In this document: piece by piece, positions 59,700 through 64,000 of the stretch | How the letters are laid out: every line of letters starts with the position of its first letter | How positions within the stretch are numbered: position 1 is the stretch's first letter | DNA from: an uncultured bacterium | GTDB lineage: Bacteria > Fidelibacterota > UBA2242 | Assembly: GCA_964576275.1 (NCBI GenBank) | Contig: CAZNUN010000004.1 | Location: forward strand, 28,736 to 92,735 | Reading direction: 5' to 3' | Length of the DNA stretch: 64,000 bases | The notes under the pieces: model-generated | The model's database searches: none | The model's input: only the letters and a program-made list of their open reading frames with translations | What the model was told of the DNA's origin: nothing | Program-made: the position numbers and the translations under genes

Positions 59700-61187
59700 T
59701 TAGAAGCTGATTTTCAGCCTTACATACGGCCAGAGGTTTTCCATCAGGTCGATTTCTTTTACATCGTAAAGGGTATAACGACCGTCAAATTCCGACCCTC
59801 TGGGGCCACCAAGCAGAAAAGCGCCGACGGTGATATCGAAATTATTATAGGGCGAATAGCTGTATCCCGGCAGGAAAGCATAACTGCCGTCGTCCAGATT
59901 ATTGAAAAGCGCCAGACTGAATTTATGGTAGTCCTGAACGGTTTTTTCCAGAAATAAAAAAGAATAATTACGGGCGTTGACCAGTTTTTCGCCGGAGAGA
60001 ACGGTCAGCAAATTATAGTCTTTTTTACTCTTGGCGCCGACGCCCTGGTAGTAATATTCCATACGGGTATCGAGCTCGATTCCGGGAATCTGATAGTCGA
60101 AACCGGCACACATTTCCAGATTATCAGCCAGGCTGTAGTTTTTTAGCGCGAATTTCTTGTCATCGCTGTCGCGCGGCATGCGAAAGGCGAATTCGCCGTA
60201 AACGCCAAAGTCCCAAATCGCGCCGGCAAAGTCGAAGCCGGTATAGTAACTGCGTTTATAATACGGGTGAGTCGGGGTGTCCGCGGTCATTTCCGCCAGC
60301 GCGCCCTGCCTGAACATTTCCAAAACAGAATCGATCTCGCCCGCCGCCAGCAGGTCTGCCATCATTTGGTTGGCGACAATCCCTTGAATATATTCCATTC
60401 CGGCTTGGGTGAGAATCTCGTCAATCGGGCGGTAATCCAGATCGTTGTAAAGGACTTCCTTGATCCAGCTCAGTGACAGATCGAAAGAACCCATAATCGT
60501 GTTCAGTTTAATGCCGTATGGTAGATTGTTAACGTCGCTGTCTTCCTGATAGGCGGTCTTTTTCTGGGTCTTGTCCTGAAAAGCAAGGTAAGCTTCGAGC
60601 GAAAGACGGTTGGAGAGCGCATAGCTGGGCAAAATCGCCAGCGTGCCGGGCGTATCTTCGGTAACCATATCCAGAAAGGGCGGAAAAGCCACCCGCGCCG
60701 TGGGATTGAAAACATAGCCGGTGCCCCACGCAACCGGAAATTTGCCGAACTGCAGATCGAAGTTGCCAAAATTTGCCATGCCCCAGACATGATCGAAAAA
60801 CATCCGCTGATTGAAATCCTCCAGCGGGTAATCGCTCTGTGTGAAGCCCGAAACGCCTAATTTTTCGTAAAGAACATACGGATTCTGATTGCCGACATTG
60901 GACAAATATGAGAATTCCATATGAAAACGCAGATTAGGCTCCGGACGCCAATCGCCTTTCAGACGCAGTAACAGCGCATTGCCGAAAGTCGGTCTGGAAA
61001 ATTTGCGGTCGCTGTAATCCAGACTGGACTGAAAATAGTCGATCAGATAACCATACAAACCGGAAGTCTCCTCATTCCAGCCGCCATCCTGCGAATCGCC
61101 CGCCCGGAGTGACGCAATCGATATTATCATCAGCATTATGATCATCAATGTAGAATGTTTTTTCAGCATTAGAGGCACCTTTCCCAA
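59700..61187 (-). CDS. outer-membrane beta-barrel protein (DUF1302-like partner of a LolA-like/MMPL cluster)
   Basis: Signal peptide. C-terminus …YVRLKISF. It sits in a gene cluster with an outer-membrane lipoprotein-sorting (LolA_3) gene and an MMPL exporter gene. Confidence 0.4.
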   Translation of the reverse strand: MGKVPLMLKKHSTLMIIMLMIISIASLRAGDSQDGGWNEETSGLYGYLIDYFQSSLDYSDRKFSRPTFGNALLLRLKGDWRPEPNLRFHMEFSYLSNVGNQNPYVLYEKLGVSGFTQSDYPLEDFNQRMFFDHVWGMANFGNFDLQFGKFPVAWGTGYVFNPTARVAFPPFLDMVTEDTPGTLAILPSYALSNRLSLEAYLAFQDKTQKKTAYQEDSDVNNLPYGIKLNTIMGSFDLSLSWIKEVLYNDLDYRPIDEILTQAGMEYIQGIVANQMMADLLAAGEIDSVLEMFRQGALAEMTADTPTHPYYKRSYYTGFDFAGAIWDFGVYGEFAFRMPRDSDDKKFALKNYSLADNLEMCAGFDYQIPGIELDTRMEYYYQGVGAKSKKDYNLLTVLSGEKLVNARNYSFLFLEKTVQDYHKFSLALFNNLDDGSYAFLPGYSYSPYNNFDITVGAFLLGGPRGSEFDGRYTLYDVKEIDLMENLWPYVRLKISF

Positions 61188-61355
61188 ATATTAATGGTTA
61201 TAATCCTCCACGACCTTGGCAGTAAAAAAGCGCTTAACCGCAAAGGTCGCAAAGAATACGCAAAGAGCGTTGTTGTAATTAAAAACCTTAGCCTGTTTAG
61301 CGATTAACTTTGCGTCTCTGCGGTTAATTTTTCCGATCTTCACCCGGTCGCTCCA

Positions 61356-62098
61356 TTATTTATAAAACCGCATCGGGTTGAAATACTTGTCATCAATGGG
61401 AACGTCATACTGGGTTTCGTGCATAATGACAACGGTCTTGCTCTGCTTGATCAGGTTCAGCATCGTCATGCGGGTCGGCATCAGGCGTCCCGAAATGGTT
61501 TTGTAATCTTCCATGATCAGGTCTTTTTTGTGCCCGTCGGCGGTGGTATAATATTCGATTTTCGGCGTCTGATAATTTTCCTTTAAAACCGTGACGATGA
61601 CCTTGGAGTAGGAAGATTCTTTGATTGGAATGCCTTCCAAAGTCCAGCTTTTAGCGTCGGATTTGGCAATATTAAAGGTGTAATTCTCCTCCATGGAACC
61701 GCCGCCGAGGTCTTCATAAGAGAAATCGCCGCCGACGCCCTGCACCGACTGATCTTTCGATTTGGCGGCGATTTTACGCACGCGCCCGGTGGAAGGGAAG
61801 TAAACCCACTGGTCGCCTTCCAGCGACAGGATGCGCAAGCCCTGAATAGATTTGGGCGTGATGAATTCCATATAGCTGTTGTCGTCGCCTTTGCCATAGG
61901 CTAAGACTTGCATTTCGCGGTAATTGGCGTTGTCTTCGGCGTATGGGTAAGTCAACATGCTCATTTTGGAGACGCTGGTGTTCGTTTTAGCCAATTCATC
62001 CACTTTGCGGATGATGTCTAGCGCATTATCCTGGGCGAAAGATTGAACTGCAGTGATGAAAAATATTTCCGTTAAGAAAATCCCAAATTTTTTAATCA
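61356..62098 (-). CDS. outer membrane lipoprotein-sorting protein (LolA_3 family)
   Basis: ILSLEGDQWVYFPSTGRVRKIAAKSKDQSVQGVGGDFSYEDL and KIEYYTTADGHKKDL match the LolA_3 family pattern. The start was chosen at MIKKF with a GGAGG RBS. Confidence 0.6.
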
Positions 62099-62124
62099 TA
62101 ACTAACTCCTCATATTTTTTTTCT

Positions 62125-62796
62125 TTACCAAACAAAAGGTATCAGGCGATATTTGACCCGGGCGGCATATTCGCGATAACCCGCCAGCTCATTGAATAAG
62201 GTCTTGTCTTCCAGGACGGTGCGGATTATGAAAAGGATGCTGATAACAATTGAAAAGGGCAGGGCGTACCAGGTTCCCAGGGCGACCGGTGTAGCTAAGA
62301 CCATCAAGAAATAGCCTACATAGCCCGGATGGCGCACATATTTATACGGACCGCCGGTAGCGACCTGGTGACTACGTTCGTCCTGGATTCTGACTTTAGT
62401 CGAGAAATAAATATTTGAAACCATCGCCCAGGTGAAAAGCAGTGAGCCGGAATAGGTAATAATCAAGCCGATAACGTGAATGATTCCGGAGACCTCACCG
62501 CTCCACCCGAGCCGGAAATCCAATCCCGCAACGATATACATGCCGAGAAAAGGAAATATGGCAAGGTTGGTCAGAATCTTATCCCATTTTTTGACGTTGG
62601 TTTTCCGGCTGCCACGCTCCTCGATCACCTCGCGCGGCAGAACGATGCCATTGAAAATCAAAATGACCACACCTACGGCAATAAATATCCAAGCCCACTT
62701 CCACTTGACAGTTCCAGCCGCCAGGAATAATATCGCGCCCTGTAAGAACATTGTCGAGAAGACCTGGAAGTAGCGACGAATAACGACGGTTTTCAT
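62125..62796 (-). CDS. membrane methyltransferase, ICMT/PEMT-like (isoprenylcysteine carboxyl methyltransferase family)
   Basis: Multi-TM. C-terminal GPYKYVRHPGYVGYFLMVLATP…E motif typical of ICMT/PEMT. Confidence 0.6.
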   Translation of the reverse strand: MKTVVIRRYFQVFSTMFLQGAILFLAAGTVKWKWAWIFIAVGVVILIFNGIVLPREVIEERGSRKTNVKKWDKILTNLAIFPFLGMYIVAGLDFRLGWSGEVSGIIHVIGLIITYSGSLLFTWAMVSNIYFSTKVRIQDERSHQVATGGPYKYVRHPGYVGYFLMVLATPVALGTWYALPFSIVISILFIIRTVLEDKTLFNELAGYREYAARVKYRLIPFVW

Positions 62797-62812
62797 GCGG
62801 GACCTCCTTATC

Positions 62813-64000
62813 TCAACCGGTTTTCTTTTTATCTAAAGTCAATAGCGCCGGCAAAACGAGTAGAGCCGTCAGCAGGCACATCAAAATACCGACGAAGAGA
62901 ATGCGTCCCATAGAATTGACCGAACCGAATTTGCCGATCAATCCCAGTGAACCGAAGCCAATCATGGTAGTGAAAGCCGAAAGAAAAACGCCCTTTCCGG
63001 TGTAGCGATAAACGGTCTCGATATTTTGTTCGATCCGGAAGCGATGCGCGAGATGAATTCCGAAGTCAATTCCCATACCGATCACCAGCGGGATCACGGC
63101 GATATTGATAATGTTCAATTTCTGCCCCAGCAATGGATAGATTCCCGCCATCCAGATTAAGCCGACGATCAGCGGAACGGATGCGAAGACGACATATCTG
63201 AAGTCGCGGAAATTCAGAACCAGGAAAAAAATCACGGCGATGAAAATATAAATGCCGGCTTTTCCGGAGGCACTGATGACTTCATCCAGCCACGCCGTCA
63301 GGATCTGACTCGAACCGGTTATCCTGACCGACGCTTGGGCGACCGAACTGTTAAAATGGCGAATGTTGTCAATGTTTTCCAGAACGCCGTCTTTGGGATA
63401 AAGTGTGACCAAATTGCGCTCACTGGTTCCATCAAACATACTCTTTCGAATATTTTCCGGCAGGTCGTCAATCGTCATCGGACGCTTAGCCTGTGACATG
63501 CGGGTGACGATCGCGTCCATCTCCCGGGCGAAATGATAATCCAGATTGTTAAGTCTGGCGGCATACAGCGCCGGATCGCTTTCAATCAACTTGATCAGCT
63601 TCTGAAAGACTTCACGTCCCGGCTGACCGACTTCCGCGCCGAAAATCTCGCGGATCATGGCATTGCGCTTTTTGACGATCTTATTGTTTTCGCCCAGTCC
63701 GGCGACGGAGAGATCGCCCATTTCGATAATGTTCCATTCCGTGCGTTGAACTTCGCCGGCAAATCTTTCCATATCTTCGATTGTATATTTGATATTACGA
63801 TAACGCGGCGGCATTCGGCGAATTTTTGCGATAGCGTCAAGGCGCGCCTGTTGTTCGTCTTCCGGCGGGAAAAAGTAAGAAACTGAATTAATATCGGCGA
63901 CCAGCGGGGTTTTTTCCAGTTTTTCGGTAATGTCACGGGCTTCAGCGACGCTGTTGGCAATTACCATCGAGGCAAAAGGCGTCATCTCGAATTTATCCAT
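62813..64000 (-). CDS. MMPL/RND-superfamily exporter (HpnN-like), C-terminal part; the 5' end lies beyond the window
   Basis: Periplasmic domain followed by a 6-TM bundle (…LIVGLIWMAGIYPLLGQKLNIINIAVIPLVIGMGIDFGIHL…). The reading frame runs off the window end. Confidence 0.7.
   Translation of the reverse strand: MDKFEMTPFASMVIANSVAEARDITEKLEKTPLVADINSVSYFFPPEDEQQARLDAIAKIRRMPPRYRNIKYTIEDMERFAGEVQRTEWNIIEMGDLSVAGLGENNKIVKKRNAMIREIFGAEVGQPGREVFQKLIKLIESDPALYAARLNNLDYHFAREMDAIVTRMSQAKRPMTIDDLPENIRKSMFDGTSERNLVTLYPKDGVLENIDNIRHFNSSVAQASVRITGSSQILTAWLDEVISASGKAGIYIFIAVIFFLVLNFRDFRYVVFASVPLIVGLIWMAGIYPLLGQKLNIINIAVIPLVIGMGIDFGIHLAHRFRIEQNIETVYRYTGKGVFLSAFTTMIGFGSLGLIGKFGSVNSMGRILFVGILMCLLTALLVLPALLTLDKKKTG

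Overview
This 64-kb window comes from a moderately GC-rich bacterial chromosome. Several features point to the FCB/Bacteroidota-like superphylum: a T9SS-type cargo gene next to a PorV-like outer-membrane gene, and many glycoside hydrolases (GH31, GH57, GH20, NamZ).

Core genes, in order:
- phosphoketolase (xfp)
- ispG
- an lpxL-like acyltransferase, tsaC and an msbA-like ABC exporter
- selA and selB
- rlmI
- a complete his operon (hisG, D, C, B, H, A, F, IE)
- gap and pfkA
- copA
- an amidohydrolase/hydantoinase/PLP-enzyme cluster

Main observations:
1. A ~2.3-kb AT-rich islet has inserted into the 3' end of selB. It rebuilt the gene with a donor-derived 3' end and left the displaced native 3' end (~107 bp, ~85% identical) downstream. 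Its cargo is a DUF3883 (PD-(D/E)xK-like) gene plus a COG2865 Schlafen/AlbA_2-HATPase gene, a candidate two-gene defence module with no integrase visible.
2. A second event has the same architecture. A ParE/RelE–Phd/YefM toxin-antitoxin cassette inserted into the 3' end of a THEP1-like NTPase gene, again leaving a duplicated divergent 3'-end remnant.
3. An enterobacterial-style his attenuator sits upstream of hisG: a leader peptide MKISLHHIHHVHHSKTGTGMK followed by a competing antiterminator/terminator hairpin.
4. A four-helix-bundle (23S rRNA IVS family) gene sits between the hydantoinase and PLP-enzyme genes. It is flanked by inverted arrays of a ~10-bp GTCATT motif, and a gene-less solo array of the same motif lies downstream of xfp.
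5. tRNA-Lys(UUU) is followed by tandem partial copies of its own 3' end and an AT-rich islet.
6. A BglII-like type II restriction-modification pair lies in a second AT-rich islet.
7. A 7TM-PAS sensor has its conserved Cys-rich C-terminal domain interrupted by an in-frame TGA.
8. A small dispersed intergenic repeat family (GTTACGAG / AACTGTAAAC motifs) occurs at four sites.
9. copA is followed by two tandem paralogous small genes of unknown family and a CoiA-like Cys-rich nuclease-like gene.

No CRISPR array, rRNA or selenoprotein gene was seen.
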